DNA of 64,000 nucleotides from Kiritimatiellia bacterium (lineage in GTDB: Bacteria > Verrucomicrobiota > Kiritimatiellia > RFP12 > UBA1067), in assembly GCA_017962315.1 (NCBI GenBank), contig JAGCVN010000096.1:199-64198 (forward strand), given 5' to 3'. Of this stretch, positions 55,366 to 64,000 are shown piece by piece (within the stretch, counting starts at the first letter, position 1; each line of letters starts with the position of its first letter). Made by a program: the position numbers and the translations under genes. The notes below the pieces were generated by a model, which saw only the letters and a list, made by a program, of their open reading frames with translations, was not told the origin of the DNA and did not search any database.

Positions 55366-56040
55366 ATGAGCACGATTAAAGTTTACACTCCGGCCGGAGA
55401 GGCCGTGCGGGAAGAGACCGTCGATGACGCGGTCCTGACGCTCGACCGCGGCGAGCAGGCGGTACACGACACGATCGTCGCCATCCTCGCCGGCCGTCGC
55501 GCCGGAACGGCCTGCACCCTCAGCAAGGGCGAGGTCGCCGGTTCCAACAAGAAGCCCTGGAAGCAGAAGGGTACGGGTAACGCCCGCGCCGGTTTACGCC
55601 AGAGCCCGGTGTGGCGCGGCGGCGGCGTCGCGTTCGGCCCCAAGCCCCGCGACTACTCGCAAAAGATCAACCGGAAGGTCAAGCGCCTGGCGTTCAACCG
55701 CGTCGCCAGCGACATGATCAAGGAAGGGCGCGTCCAGATCATCGAGAAGATCGAACTCGCCGAACCCAAGACCAAGTTGCTGATCGCCCTGTTGAAGAAG
55801 CTGGGAATCGACGCCGGCAAGGGCGGCAAGGGCGCGTTGATCCTGGTAGACAAGGACCCCGAGGCGAACCTGGTCCTCGCGGCGAACAACCTGCCGCGCG
55901 TGGACATCGTCTGCGCGGAGGACGCCGACCTCTACACCCTGATGCTCTACCGCAACTGGGTCGCGACGGCGGCGGGCTATGAAGCGCTCAAGGCGCGTAT
56001 GGCGCGTCTCGAGCCCAAGAAGAACGAGGTGAAGGCATGA
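55366..56040 (+). CDS. rplD: 50S ribosomal protein L4
   Basis: KPWKQKGTGNARAG..SPVWRGGGVAFGPKPRDY. Confidence 0.95.
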   Translation: MSTIKVYTPAGEAVREETVDDAVLTLDRGEQAVHDTIVAILAGRRAGTACTLSKGEVAGSNKKPWKQKGTGNARAGLRQSPVWRGGGVAFGPKPRDYSQKINRKVKRLAFNRVASDMIKEGRVQIIEKIELAEPKTKLLIALLKKLGIDAGKGGKGALILVDKDPEANLVLAANNLPRVDIVCAEDADLYTLMLYRNWVATAAGYEALKARMARLEPKKNEVKA

Positions 56041-56315
56041 AGCACGAAGGTGTCATCCGCCGGGTGCTGGTCACCGAGAAGGGGACGCGTCTCGCCGTCG
56101 AAAACCGCTATATGCTCGAAGTCGCCGTGGCGGCGAACAAGTTTGAAATCCGCCAGGCCGTCGAGAAGCAGTTCGGCGTACACGTCCTGAAGGTGAACAC
56201 GCAGAAGTACAAGGGCGCGATGCGGACGCTCCGCAACCGCCGTGTGGTCCGGGAATCCGACTGGAAGCGGGCGATCGTCACCGTCAAGGCCGGCGAACGT
56301 ATCGAGATTGTCTAA
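56037..56315 (+). CDS. rplW: 50S ribosomal protein L23
   Basis: 92 aa. Carries VLVTEKG...F.V...ANK.EI..AVEK.F.V.V..VNT. Confidence 0.9.
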   Translation: MKHEGVIRRVLVTEKGTRLAVENRYMLEVAVAANKFEIRQAVEKQFGVHVLKVNTQKYKGAMRTLRNRRVVRESDWKRAIVTVKAGERIEIV

Positions 56316-56327
56316 AGGGTAAAAGAC

Positions 56328-57152
56328 ATGGGTCTCAGAACATTCAAACCTAGGTCTCCGGGGTTGCGCCACCGCGTGGCGCTCACCTTCGAGGAAATCA
56401 CGGAGAAGAAGCCGGTCCGCCGCCTCACCGAGGCGCTGCGGAAGACCGGCGGCCGCAACAACCACGGGCACATCACCTCCCGCCACCGCGGCGGCGGGGC
56501 GAAGCGCCGTTACCGTATCGTGGACTTCCGCCGCGACAAGGCGGGAATCCCCGCCCGCGTCGAGGCGATCGCCTACGATCCGAACCGCAGCGCGAACCTC
56601 GCCCTGCTGAAGTACGTGGACGGCGAGAAGCGTTACATCCTCTGCCCGAAGGGGTTGAAGGTGGACGATGCGGTCATGTCCGGTCCCGAGGCCGAGCCGA
56701 ACGTGGGCAACGCCCTCCCGCTCGGACAGATTCCGCTGGGCATGTACGTGCATAACATCGAGCTTGTTCCGGGGAAGGGCGGCATCATCGCCCGTTCCGC
56801 CGGGATCGGCTGCCAGGTGATGGCGCGTGAAGGCAAAACGGTCACGCTGAAGATGCCCTCCGGCGAGATCCGCCTCTTCGACGCGCGCTGCATGGCGACG
56901 ATCGGGCAGGTCGGAAACGAGGAGTGGGGCAGCGTGAAGCTCGGCAAGGCCGGGCGCGCGCGCTGGCTGGGCCGGCGCCCGCACGTCCGCGGTGTCGCGA
57001 TGAACCCGGTCGACCACCCGATGGGCGGCGGCGAAGGCCGCACGTCCGGCGGTTCGCACCCGCGTTCCCCGTGGGGCAAGCTGGCGAAGGGCGGCAAGAC
57101 GCGCAACCGCCGCAAGACGAGCAGCAGAGTCATTCTCAAGCGGAGGAAGTAA
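56328..57152 (+). CDS. rplB: 50S ribosomal protein L2
   Basis: [16 protein letters not shown]...[18 protein letters not shown]. Confidence 0.95.
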   Translation: MGLRTFKPRSPGLRHRVALTFEEITEKKPVRRLTEALRKTGGRNNHGHITSRHRGGGAKRRYRIVDFRRDKAGIPARVEAIAYDPNRSANLALLKYVDGEKRYILCPKGLKVDDAVMSGPEAEPNVGNALPLGQIPLGMYVHNIELVPGKGGIIARSAGIGCQVMAREGKTVTLKMPSGEIRLFDARCMATIGQVGNEEWGSVKLGKAGRARWLGRRPHVRGVAMNPVDHPMGGGEGRTSGGSHPRSPWGKLAKGGKTRNRRKTSSRVILKRRK

Positions 57153-57155
57153 TCA

Positions 57156-57437
57156 ATGTCGAGGTCACTTAAGAAAGGGCCCTACGTCGAACAGAGCCTG
57201 CTCGACAAGGTCCAGAAGGTACTGGCCGGGGGAAACAAGAAGCAGCCGATCAAGACCTGGTCCCGCCGCTCCATGATCCTGCCGGATTTCGTCGGCCTGA
57301 CGTTCGCCATCCATAACGGGCGCCAGCACATGCCGATCTTCATCACCGAGAACATGGTGGGCCACCGCCTGGGCGAATTCGCGCCGACGCGCACGTTCAA
57401 AGGCCACGGCGCACACACCGACAAGGCGGTCAAGTAA
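57156..57437 (+). CDS. rpsS: 30S ribosomal protein S19
   Basis: [11 protein letters not shown]...[14 protein letters not shown]...[17 protein letters not shown]. Confidence 0.95.
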   Translation: MSRSLKKGPYVEQSLLDKVQKVLAGGNKKQPIKTWSRRSMILPDFVGLTFAIHNGRQHMPIFITENMVGHRLGEFAPTRTFKGHGAHTDKAVK

Positions 57438-57448
57438 GGAGGGGAGAC

Positions 57449-57790
57449 ATGGCTGAAGTAACTGCGATCACGCGGAATTTCCGCATGTCGGCCTTCAAGG
57501 GCCGCGCCCTGGCGCGCGAACTCCGGGGCAAGAGCGTCGCCCAGGCGATAAGCATGGTGGCGTTCCATCCGAGCAAGGCGGCGGGCGTTCTGCTCAAGAC
57601 GCTGAAGAGCGCCGCCGCGAATGCGAAGAACAACAACAACCTGGACGTGGACACCCTGCTCGTGAAGAGCGCCGTCTTCGACGAAGGTACGCGCATGCGC
57701 AGGTATTGGCCGACGGCGCGCGGCAGCGCGCACCCGATCGCCAAGCGGCTCTGCCACTGCAAGGTGATCCTCACGGACGAGGCCTTCTAA
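57449..57790 (+). CDS. rplV: 50S ribosomal protein L22
   Basis: 113 aa. Operon position agrees, and the sequence has LLKTLKSAAANAKNN and the GPRMRR-type block (EGTRMRRYWPTARG). Confidence 0.9.
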   Translation: MAEVTAITRNFRMSAFKGRALARELRGKSVAQAISMVAFHPSKAAGVLLKTLKSAAANAKNNNNLDVDTLLVKSAVFDEGTRMRRYWPTARGSAHPIAKRLCHCKVILTDEAF

Positions 57791-57814
57791 CGCGAACTGC
57801 TAAGGAGTAAGACT

Positions 57815-58495
57815 TTGGGACAGAAAGTAAACCCGATCGGATTCCGGATTGCCGTTGACAAGCAGTGGCGCAGCCGCTGGTTCGCCAACAAGAAAAACTT
57901 CGGCACCCTGCTCGCCGAAGACCAGATGATCCGCGAACTCGTCAAGAAACGCCTTGAGCAGGCGGCGATCACCCGTATCATCATCGAACGCTACGCCAAC
58001 CGCGTGCGCGTCAACCTCTACACCGCCCGCCCGGGCATCGTCATCGGGCGCAACGGGCAGGACGTGGAGAAGATCCGCGCCGACCTGGCGAAGAAGACGG
58101 GCAAGGAGATCTACATCGAGATCCACGAGGTCCGCGATGCGGATTGCGACGCCCAGCTGGTCGCCGAGAACATCGCCCAGCAGGTCGAGCGCCGCGTGGC
58201 CCTCAAGCGTGCGATGAAGCGCGCCGAGAAGGTCGCCATGGACATGGGCGTGGACGGGATCAAGATCCGTGCCGCGGGACGTATCAACGGCGCGGAAATC
58301 TCCCGCGCCGAGTGGAGCATGCAGGGGAGCGTCCCGCTGCACACGCTCCGTGCGAACATCGACTACGGCTTCGCAGAGGCCCACACCACCGCCGGACTGA
58401 TCGGCGTCAAGGTCTGGATCTGCAAGAAGCCTGATTTCCGGCCGGCCCGCCAGGGCGGCCAGGGAAGGAGGAAGAATTATGCCCATGATGCCTAA
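57815..58495 (+). CDS. rpsC: 30S ribosomal protein S3
   Basis: [11 protein letters not shown]...KH domain...[11 protein letters not shown]...[13 protein letters not shown]. Confidence 0.95.
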   Translation: MGQKVNPIGFRIAVDKQWRSRWFANKKNFGTLLAEDQMIRELVKKRLEQAAITRIIIERYANRVRVNLYTARPGIVIGRNGQDVEKIRADLAKKTGKEIYIEIHEVRDADCDAQLVAENIAQQVERRVALKRAMKRAEKVAMDMGVDGIKIRAAGRINGAEISRAEWSMQGSVPLHTLRANIDYGFAEAHTTAGLIGVKVWICKKPDFRPARQGGQGRRKNYAHDA

Positions 58496-58901
58496 GCGGG
58501 TAAAATACCGCAAGCAATCGAAGGGTAACCGTGCCGGGTACGCCACGTCGGGAGACCGTCTCGCGTTCGGCGAGTTCGGCCTGAAGGCGATGACCCGCGG
58601 CTGGGTCACCAACACGCAGCTCGAAGCCTGCCGCGTCGCGATCAACCGCGAAATGAAGCGCAAGGGCAAGCTCTGGATCCGCGTGTTCCCCGACAAACCC
58701 GTCACCCGCAAGCCCATCGAAGTCCGTATGGGCGGAGGCAAGGGCAACCCGGAACTCTGGGTCGCCGTGATCCTCCCCGGGAAGATCCTGTTCGAGGTAG
58801 GCGGCGTGCCCGATTCCGTGGCGCGCGAATGTCTGCGCCTCGCTGACACCAAGCTGGGCATCCGTACCCAGTTCATCACGCGCGCCGTCGCAGGAGTCTA
58901 G
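58479..58901 (+). CDS. rplP: 50S ribosomal protein L16
   Basis: [12 protein letters not shown]...[14 protein letters not shown]. Overlaps the rpsC end. Confidence 0.95.
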   Translation: MPMMPKRVKYRKQSKGNRAGYATSGDRLAFGEFGLKAMTRGWVTNTQLEACRVAINREMKRKGKLWIRVFPDKPVTRKPIEVRMGGGKGNPELWVAVILPGKILFEVGGVPDSVARECLRLADTKLGIRTQFITRAVAGV

Positions 58902-58906
58902 TCCGA

Positions 58907-59107
58907 ATGAAAGCGAAAGAACTGAGAAACCTGAGCGACTCCGAGCTCGCGACCAAGCTGGCCGAGACGAAGAAGGAGTTGACGACGTTGCAAATCAAGC
59001 ACAACTCCTCTGCTACCGGAGTCGAGAAGCCCGTGCGCCTGCGCCTTCTGCGCAAAGAGGTCGCACGGATGTTGACCATCCAGACTGAGCGGGAGGCGAA
59101 GAAGTAG
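58907..59107 (+). CDS. rpmC: 50S ribosomal protein L29
   Basis: 66 aa. MKAKELRNLSDSELATKLAETKKEL. Confidence 0.9.
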   Translation: MKAKELRNLSDSELATKLAETKKELTTLQIKHNSSATGVEKPVRLRLLRKEVARMLTIQTEREAKK

Positions 59108-59109
59108 TT

Positions 59110-59385
59110 ATGGCCGAGACAACCGAGAAACCCGCCGCGAAACCCCGCGGCATCCGCAAGAGCCTGAAGGGCGTGGTCGTCAGCAAGATGGGCATCAAGT
59201 CCGTCGTCGTCCAGGCCGAGTGGCGCGAGCGCCACCCGATCTATGGCAAGGTGATCCGCCGTTCCAAGAAATTCCACGCACATGACGAAGCCGACACCGC
59301 GAAGGTAGGCGACAAAGTCACGATCATGGAGACGCGCCCGCTCAGCGCCACCAAGCGCTGGCGTATCGTCCCGGAGGAGAAGTAA
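59110..59385 (+). CDS. rpsQ: 30S ribosomal protein S17
   Basis: GVVVSKMGIKSVVV...KFHAHDE...GD.V.I.ETRPLS..KRW. Confidence 0.9.
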   Translation: MAETTEKPAAKPRGIRKSLKGVVVSKMGIKSVVVQAEWRERHPIYGKVIRRSKKFHAHDEADTAKVGDKVTIMETRPLSATKRWRIVPEEK

Positions 59386-59388
59386 CCC

Positions 59389-59754
59389 ATGGTACAGGAA
59401 GGCACACGTTTGGTGGTGGCGGATAACACGGGCGCGAAGAGCGCGATGTGTTTCCGCATCATCGGCCAGCGGAAGAAGAGCGCCCACATCGGCGACGTCA
59501 TCCGCGTGGCGATCAAGGAGGCGTCTCCCACCGGGTCTGTGAAGAAGAGCCAGGTCTGCTCGGCGATCATCGTGCGGGTGGCCTATCCGATCGCCCGCCC
59601 GGACGGTTCGTTCGTCAAGTTTGACGACAACGCCTGCATTATCGTCGACAGCAAGCTCAACCCCGTCGGGTCCCGCATCTTCGGGCCGGTGGCTCGCGAG
59701 CTGCGCGACATGAACTACATGAAGATCATTTCCCTCGCGCCGGAGGTCCTCTAA
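59389..59754 (+). CDS. rplN: 50S ribosomal protein L14
   Basis: MVQEGTRLVVADNTGAK...IFGPVARELR. Confidence 0.95.
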   Translation: MVQEGTRLVVADNTGAKSAMCFRIIGQRKKSAHIGDVIRVAIKEASPTGSVKKSQVCSAIIVRVAYPIARPDGSFVKFDDNACIIVDSKLNPVGSRIFGPVARELRDMNYMKIISLAPEVL

Positions 59755-60071
59755 TGAGTATCGCAAGAATCCGTAAGGGCGACACGGTCATCGCCATCTC
59801 CGGCGATTTCGCCGGCAAGACGGGCGAGGTCCTCGCCGTCATGCCCTCCAAGGGTATGGCCATCGTCAAGGGCTTGAACCTGATCAAGAAGTCGATCCGC
59901 CGTTCCCAGCAGCACCCGGAAGGCGGCTTTGTCGAGAAAGAGGCGCCGATCCGCCTCTGCAAGCTGATGCCGTACGACCCCGACGCGAAGAAGGGCGTCC
60001 GCATCCGCCGCGTGAAAGAAGGCGACAAGTGGGTCCGCCAGTCCAAGGCGACCGGGAAGGTGTTGGAGTAG
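59754..60071 (+). CDS. rplX: 50S ribosomal protein L24
   Basis: IRKGDTVIAISGDFAGKTGEVL is the KOW motif. Operon position agrees. Confidence 0.9.
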   Translation: MSIARIRKGDTVIAISGDFAGKTGEVLAVMPSKGMAIVKGLNLIKKSIRRSQQHPEGGFVEKEAPIRLCKLMPYDPDAKKGVRIRRVKEGDKWVRQSKATGKVLE

Positions 60072-60074
60072 AGT

Positions 60075-60632
60075 ATGGCTAACCTCAGAGAAAAGTTCAT
60101 GAAGGAGCTCGCCCCCGAGCTCCAGAAGAAACTCGGCCTGACGAACAAGATGCTCGTCCCCCGGCTTGAGAAGGTCGTGCTGAACATGGGCTTCGGCATC
60201 GTCGAGAAGGATCTCCAGAAGCAGATCCTGGACGACCTGGCGAAGATCACCGGGCAGCGCCCCGTGACCTGTAAGGCGCGGAAGAGCATTTCGAACTTCA
60301 AACTGCGCCAGGGCATGGTCATCGGCGCGAAGGTCACGCTCCGCCGCGACAAGATGTACGATTTCGTCGAGCGCCTGTGCAACAGCACGCTCGCCCGTAT
60401 CCGCGACTTCCACGGCGTCCCGAACCGGGGCTTCGACGGCCGCGGCAACTACACGCTCGGGCTCAAGGAGCATTCGATCTTCCCTGAGATGATCGATACG
60501 GGCGTCACGGGCGAGGCCGACGTCGGACTCGACATCACGTTCGTCACCACCGCGCGGGACGACAAGGGCGCCAAGGAGCTTCTGATCGCCCTGGGCATGC
60601 CCTTCGCGGGCCGCAACGCGCAGAAGGCATAA
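60075..60632 (+). CDS. rplE: 50S ribosomal protein L5
   Basis: [10 protein letters not shown]....I.GQ.P.....RKSI..FKLR.G...G.KVTLR...MY.F..RL. Confidence 0.95.
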   Translation: MANLREKFMKELAPELQKKLGLTNKMLVPRLEKVVLNMGFGIVEKDLQKQILDDLAKITGQRPVTCKARKSISNFKLRQGMVIGAKVTLRRDKMYDFVERLCNSTLARIRDFHGVPNRGFDGRGNYTLGLKEHSIFPEMIDTGVTGEADVGLDITFVTTARDDKGAKELLIALGMPFAGRNAQKA

Positions 60633-60648
60633 CCGGAAGGAACTTTAC

Positions 60649-60834
60649 ATGGCTAAGTTAAGTCTGATGATCAAGGCGAAGCGCACGCCGAAGTTCAAAG
60701 TGCGCGCGTACCACCGCTGCTCCCGCTGCGGCCGCCGTCACGGGTACATCGGCAAGTTCCAGCTCTGCCGTCTGTGCTTCCGCGAGCTCGCCCTATCCGG
60801 GATGATTCCCGGTGTCACCAAGTCCAGCTGGTAG
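60649..60834 (+). CDS. rpsN: 30S ribosomal protein S14, short zinc-binding type
   Basis: 61 aa, with [25 protein letters not shown] (two CxxC pairs). Confidence 0.9.
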   Translation: MAKLSLMIKAKRTPKFKVRAYHRCSRCGRRHGYIGKFQLCRLCFRELALSGMIPGVTKSSW

Positions 60835-60844
60835 GAGGAAGAAA

Positions 60845-61234
60845 ATGACCGATCCGATTTCCGATATGCTGTTGCGCATCCGCAACGCGATCAAGGCCGG
60901 GCACGCCTCCGTCGAGATGCCGGCGTCGAAAATGAAGGGCGAGATCGCCCGCGTGATGAAGTCCGAGGGCTACATCACCGACTACTCCATCGACAGCACG
61001 TTCCCCGCGACGCTGACGGTGGAGTTGAAATACAACGACAAGGCCGAATCGGCCATTTGCGGCCTCCGCCGCGAAAGCCGCCCCGGTCTGCGCAAATACT
61101 GCGGCGTGGACGACATCCCCAACGTCCTCGACGGACTTGGCACGGCCGTCATTTCCACGTCCAAGGGTATCATGAGCGGCAAGGACGCCCGTCGGCAGAA
61201 GGTTGGCGGCGAGCTGATCTGCACAATCTGGTAA
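60845..61234 (+). CDS. rpsH: 30S ribosomal protein S8
   Basis: ATG at 60845 gives MTDPISDMLLRIRNA, the canonical S8 start. Confidence 0.95.
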   Translation: MTDPISDMLLRIRNAIKAGHASVEMPASKMKGEIARVMKSEGYITDYSIDSTFPATLTVELKYNDKAESAICGLRRESRPGLRKYCGVDDIPNVLDGLGTAVISTSKGIMSGKDARRQKVGGELICTIW

Positions 61235-61247
61235 AGGGGTTTGAACA

Positions 61248-61784
61248 ATGTCACGAATCGGTAAACAGCCTGTCGCCATCCCCGCCGGTGTCACCGTCAC
61301 GGCAAACGGCCTCGAGGTCTCCGTCAAGGGCAAGCTCGGCGAGCTGAAGCGCACGTTCCACGACGGGATTACTGTGGAAGTCAAAGACGGGAATGTCGTC
61401 GTCACCCGCCGGGATGACACCCGCGAGATGAAGAGCCTGCACGGCCTCACCCGCGCGCTCATCCAGAACATGGTCATCGGGGTCTCCTCCGGGTATCACA
61501 AGGAGTTGATCATCGAAGGGACCGGTTTCAAGGCCGCCCTCAGCGGGAAGGTCCTGAGCCTCACCCTCGGTTTCGCCTCCCCGAAGACCTACAAGATCCC
61601 CGACGGGATCACCATCACGGTCGAGAAGGACGTCACCATCAAGGTTGACGGCATCGACAAGGAGCTTGTCGGCGAGGCGGCCGCACGCATCCGCGACTAC
61701 TACCCGGCCGAACCCTACAAGGGCAAGGGCATCCGCTACTCGGACGAGAAGATCCGCCGCAAGGTCGGCAAGAAAGTGGCGTAA
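61248..61784 (+). CDS. rplF: 50S ribosomal protein L6
   Basis: MSRIGKQPVAIPAGV...EPYKGKGIRY. Confidence 0.95.
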   Translation: MSRIGKQPVAIPAGVTVTANGLEVSVKGKLGELKRTFHDGITVEVKDGNVVVTRRDDTREMKSLHGLTRALIQNMVIGVSSGYHKELIIEGTGFKAALSGKVLSLTLGFASPKTYKIPDGITITVEKDVTIKVDGIDKELVGEAAARIRDYYPAEPYKGKGIRYSDEKIRRKVGKKVA

Positions 61785-61805
61785 CGCCTGAACGGAGCAG
61801 AACAG

Positions 61806-62246
61806 ATGAGTTTTAACCGCAAAGCACAACGCAAGATCCGCCACATGCGCCTCCGCCAGAAGGTGAAGGGCACGGCGGACCGTCCCCGTATGGCCATCTG
61901 CGTCACGAACCAGCACATGTATGTGCAGTTCATTGACGACGACGCCATGACGACCCTCGCTTCCGCCTCCTCCCTCAAGGACAACGCGAACGCGAACAAG
62001 GCCGAGGCCAAGGTCGTCGGCGAGCGCGCCGCAGAGGCGGCCAAGGCGAAGGGGATCTCCCTCGTCGTCGTCGACCGTGGCGGCTTCAAGTTCCACGGGC
62101 GCGTCAAAGAGATCGTCGATTCCGCCGTCGCGGCGGGGCTCAAGATCTCCGAGAAGCCCCCGAAGCCTCCGAAGGAGAAGAAGGCGGAGCCCAAGAAGGA
62201 TGAACCTGCCAAGAAGGCGAAGAAACCTGCCAAGGAGACGAAGTAA
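61806..62246 (+). CDS. rplR: 50S ribosomal protein L18 with Lys/Pro-rich C-terminal extension
   Basis: RHMRLRQKV.GT..RPR..V..TNQH.YVQ.IDD...DRGG.K.HGRVK is the L18 core. About 30 extra residues KPPKPPKEKKAEPKKDEPAKKAKKPAKETK follow. Confidence 0.9.
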   Translation: MSFNRKAQRKIRHMRLRQKVKGTADRPRMAICVTNQHMYVQFIDDDAMTTLASASSLKDNANANKAEAKVVGERAAEAAKAKGISLVVVDRGGFKFHGRVKEIVDSAVAAGLKISEKPPKPPKEKKAEPKKDEPAKKAKKPAKETK

Positions 62247-62762
62247 ATGAGCGCTGATTCCAAGTTTCCCCGCGGAGACCGCGATCGTGACCGTGAGCGC
62301 GACGAACAGAACGAATTTGACGAGCGTGTCGTGTTCGTCAACCGTTGCGCGAAGGTCGTCAAGGGCGGCCGCCGCATGAGCTTCTCCGCCGTGGTGGTCG
62401 TCGGCGACCGCCAGGGCAAGGTCGGGTTCGGGTTCGGTAAGGCCAACGAGGTTGCCGATGCCATCCGCAAAGGCGGCGAGGCGGCCAAGAAGTCTCTCTT
62501 CTCCGTGAAGATGGACGGCCGTACCATCCCTCACCAGGTTGTCGGCGTCTGCGATGGCGGCCGTGTCTTGATTAAGCCCGCGCCCGCCGGCTCCGGCTTG
62601 ATCGTCGGCGGCGGCATGCGCCCGGTCCTCGAGGCCGCAGGCGTCCGCGACGCGGTCGGCAAGTCGCTTGGCAGCAAGAACCGCCTGAACGTGGTCAAGG
62701 CCACGATCGACGCCCTCAACCAGCTCCGCTCGGCTGAGGAGATCGCGGCGGCCCGCGCGTAA
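62247..62762 (+). CDS. rpsE: 30S ribosomal protein S5
   Basis: [37 protein letters not shown]. Confidence 0.95.
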   Translation: MSADSKFPRGDRDRDRERDEQNEFDERVVFVNRCAKVVKGGRRMSFSAVVVVGDRQGKVGFGFGKANEVADAIRKGGEAAKKSLFSVKMDGRTIPHQVVGVCDGGRVLIKPAPAGSGLIVGGGMRPVLEAAGVRDAVGKSLGSKNRLNVVKATIDALNQLRSAEEIAAARA

Positions 62763-62824
62763 TATCCGTGGTTCGGTTGCCGACGGCCCGGCCGCCGGCA
62801 ACCGGCGAAGAAAGGAACGTTGAA

Positions 62825-63265
62825 ATGGATCTCTCGAATTTAAAGAACACCCCCGGTGCGCGGAAGACCTACCGCCGCGTAGGCCGAGGCGGCGGGTCGG
62901 GCATGGGCAAGACCTCCACCAAGGGCCAGAAGGGCCAGATGTCCCGCAAGGGCCACAAGCACAAGCTCGGTTTCGAAGGCGGCCAGATGCCTCTCATCCG
63001 CCGTCTCCCGAAGCGCGGCTTCAAGAATGTCAACCGCGTCAACTACCTCGCGCTCAACGTCGGGCGTCTGGAGCAGTTCGATGACGGCACGGTCGTTACC
63101 CTCGACCTCCTCCACGAGAAGGGCATCTTCGCGTACAAGTACGACGGCGTCAAAGTCCTTGGCGTCGGCGAACTGACCAAGAAGCTGACCATCAAGGTGA
63201 ATGCGGTCTCCGCCACGGCGCGCCAGAAGATCGAGGCCGCCGGCGGAACGATCGAACTCGTATAA
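62825..63265 (+). CDS. rplO: 50S ribosomal protein L15
   Basis: ATG at 62825 gives MDLSNLKNTPGARK..RRVGRGGGSGMGKTS.KG.KGQ. Confidence 0.9.
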   Translation: MDLSNLKNTPGARKTYRRVGRGGGSGMGKTSTKGQKGQMSRKGHKHKLGFEGGQMPLIRRLPKRGFKNVNRVNYLALNVGRLEQFDDGTVVTLDLLHEKGIFAYKYDGVKVLGVGELTKKLTIKVNAVSATARQKIEAAGGTIELV

Positions 63266-63277
63266 GGTGAAACCGCC

Positions 63278-64000
63278 ATGCCTATGCTCTCCACCTTCGC
63301 GAATACCTTCAAGATCCCCGAGCTCCGGAAGCGCATTCTGATCACCATCGGCCTCGTGTTCATCTGCCGGTTGATCTCCTTGATTCCGACTCCGGGAGTT
63401 GACTGGCAGACGCTCCAGACTACTTTGGAGGAAATCCGTAAGCAGTCTGCTGTCGGCGGCGGGCTGATGGACTGGTTCAACGTGTTCAGCGGCGGTGCGC
63501 TCAGCCAGTGCGCCGTCGGTTTCCTGAGCATCTGGCCTTACATCAGTGCGCAGATCATTATCCAGCTGCTCACTGCCGTCGTCCCCACGCTTGAACGTGC
63601 CTCCCGTGAGGGAGAGACCGGCCGTCAGAAACTGGCCCAGTGGACCCGTTACCTGACGATCGCCATCTGCGCGTTCCAGGCCTGGGGACTCGCCACCGTG
63701 CTGCAGCACCCCTCGTCCATCGGGCTTGGCGATGTCCACATCGTGACCACCCCCGGCATCGGGTTCAACATCGTGACGGTGATCTGCATGACGTCGGCTT
63801 CGCTTTTCGTCATGTGGTTGGCCGACCAGATCACGCAGTTCGGGATCGGCAACGGCACTTCGCTCATCATCATGATCAACATCACCTCGCGCCTGCCCGT
63901 GGCGTGCGTCGAGGCGTGGACCCGTTACTTCGGTCTGGGCGGCATCCAGGCGACCAAGAACCCCGTCGAGCTGATTCTTCTGCTCCTCTTCGGTTTCATG
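63278..64000 (+). CDS. secY: preprotein translocase subunit SecY (3' end outside window)
   Basis: This ORF is not in the ORF track because it has no stop in the window. Own translation from the ATG at 63278: MPMLSTFANTFKIPELRKRILITIGLVFICRLISLIPTPGVD. It follows rplO as expected. Confidence 0.9.
   Translation, partial: MPMLSTFANTFKIPELRKRILITIGLVFICRLISLIPTPGVDWQTLQTTLEEIRKQSAVGGGLMDWFNVFSGGALSQCAVGFLSIWPYISAQIIIQLLTAVVPTLERASREGETGRQKLAQWTRYLTIAICAFQAWGLATVLQHPSSIGLGDVHIVTTPGIGFNIVTVICMTSASLFVMWLADQITQFGIGNGTSLIIMINITSRLPVACVEAWTRYFGLGGIQATKNPVELILLLLFGFM

Noticed and set aside
55977-62801. Several 240-516-aa minus-strand ORFs across the ribosomal protein operon (55977-57059, 57800-58879, 58876-59766, 59726-60473, 61251-62801)
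   Set aside because: They are antisense to universally conserved ribosomal protein genes and have low-complexity composition.

Overview
This is a high-GC bacterial chromosome segment. Its gene content (DUF1080 with Gfo/Idh/MocA pairs, PATR-repeat giant proteins, C10 peptidases, fusA directly upstream of rpsJ) suggests a PVC-superphylum organism such as Lentisphaerota, Verrucomicrobiota or Kiritimatiellota. That placement is inference only. No similarity or HMM searches could be run, so all family calls come from motifs read in the translations.

Layout:
(1) 1 to ~10.2 kb: right arm of a prophage or integrative element. It continues past the left window edge and ends with a tyrosine integrase on the minus strand. 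It carries three DNA methyltransferases, a Gp37/Gp68 (DUF5131) protein, an HD-domain protein, a DUF2829 (Tad2-like) protein, a DUF4406 deoxyribosyltransferase-like protein and a radical SAM enzyme.
(2) 10.4-21.5 kb: host genes. These are a minus-strand cluster of secreted phosphoesterases, a GH5-like hydrolase, a porin and a HAD hydrolase, followed by an M18 aminopeptidase, a Gfo/Idh/MocA plus DUF1080 pair and a beta-propeller-like protein.
(3) 21.5-34.1 kb: a surface-protein island. It holds a 998-aa thioredoxin-like (CGHC) protein with a 30-copy 9-bp tandem repeat, a GT-C-like membrane protein and a 1706-aa SpeB-like (C10) giant protease.
(4) 34.3-44.8 kb: housekeeping genes (tpiA, lpxK, lgt, miaB, a DUF5060/GH-like gene, tolB-pal, tatA-tatC).
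(5) 44.9-51.5 kb: a second giant-protein operon (LamG x3 plus PATR protein, then a second C10 protease).
(6) 52.2-64.0 kb: fusA and the S10-spc ribosomal protein operon through a partial secY.

The most unusual signal is non-coding. A family of modular mosaic repeats (modules called A-G here) fills the long intergenic regions around the giant surface-protein genes and also abuts the prophage junction. Around the 998-aa gene the modules form ~0.6-0.8 kb inverted arms, making a 4.6-kb inverted-repeat-bounded cassette. No rRNA, tRNA or CRISPR array was found.
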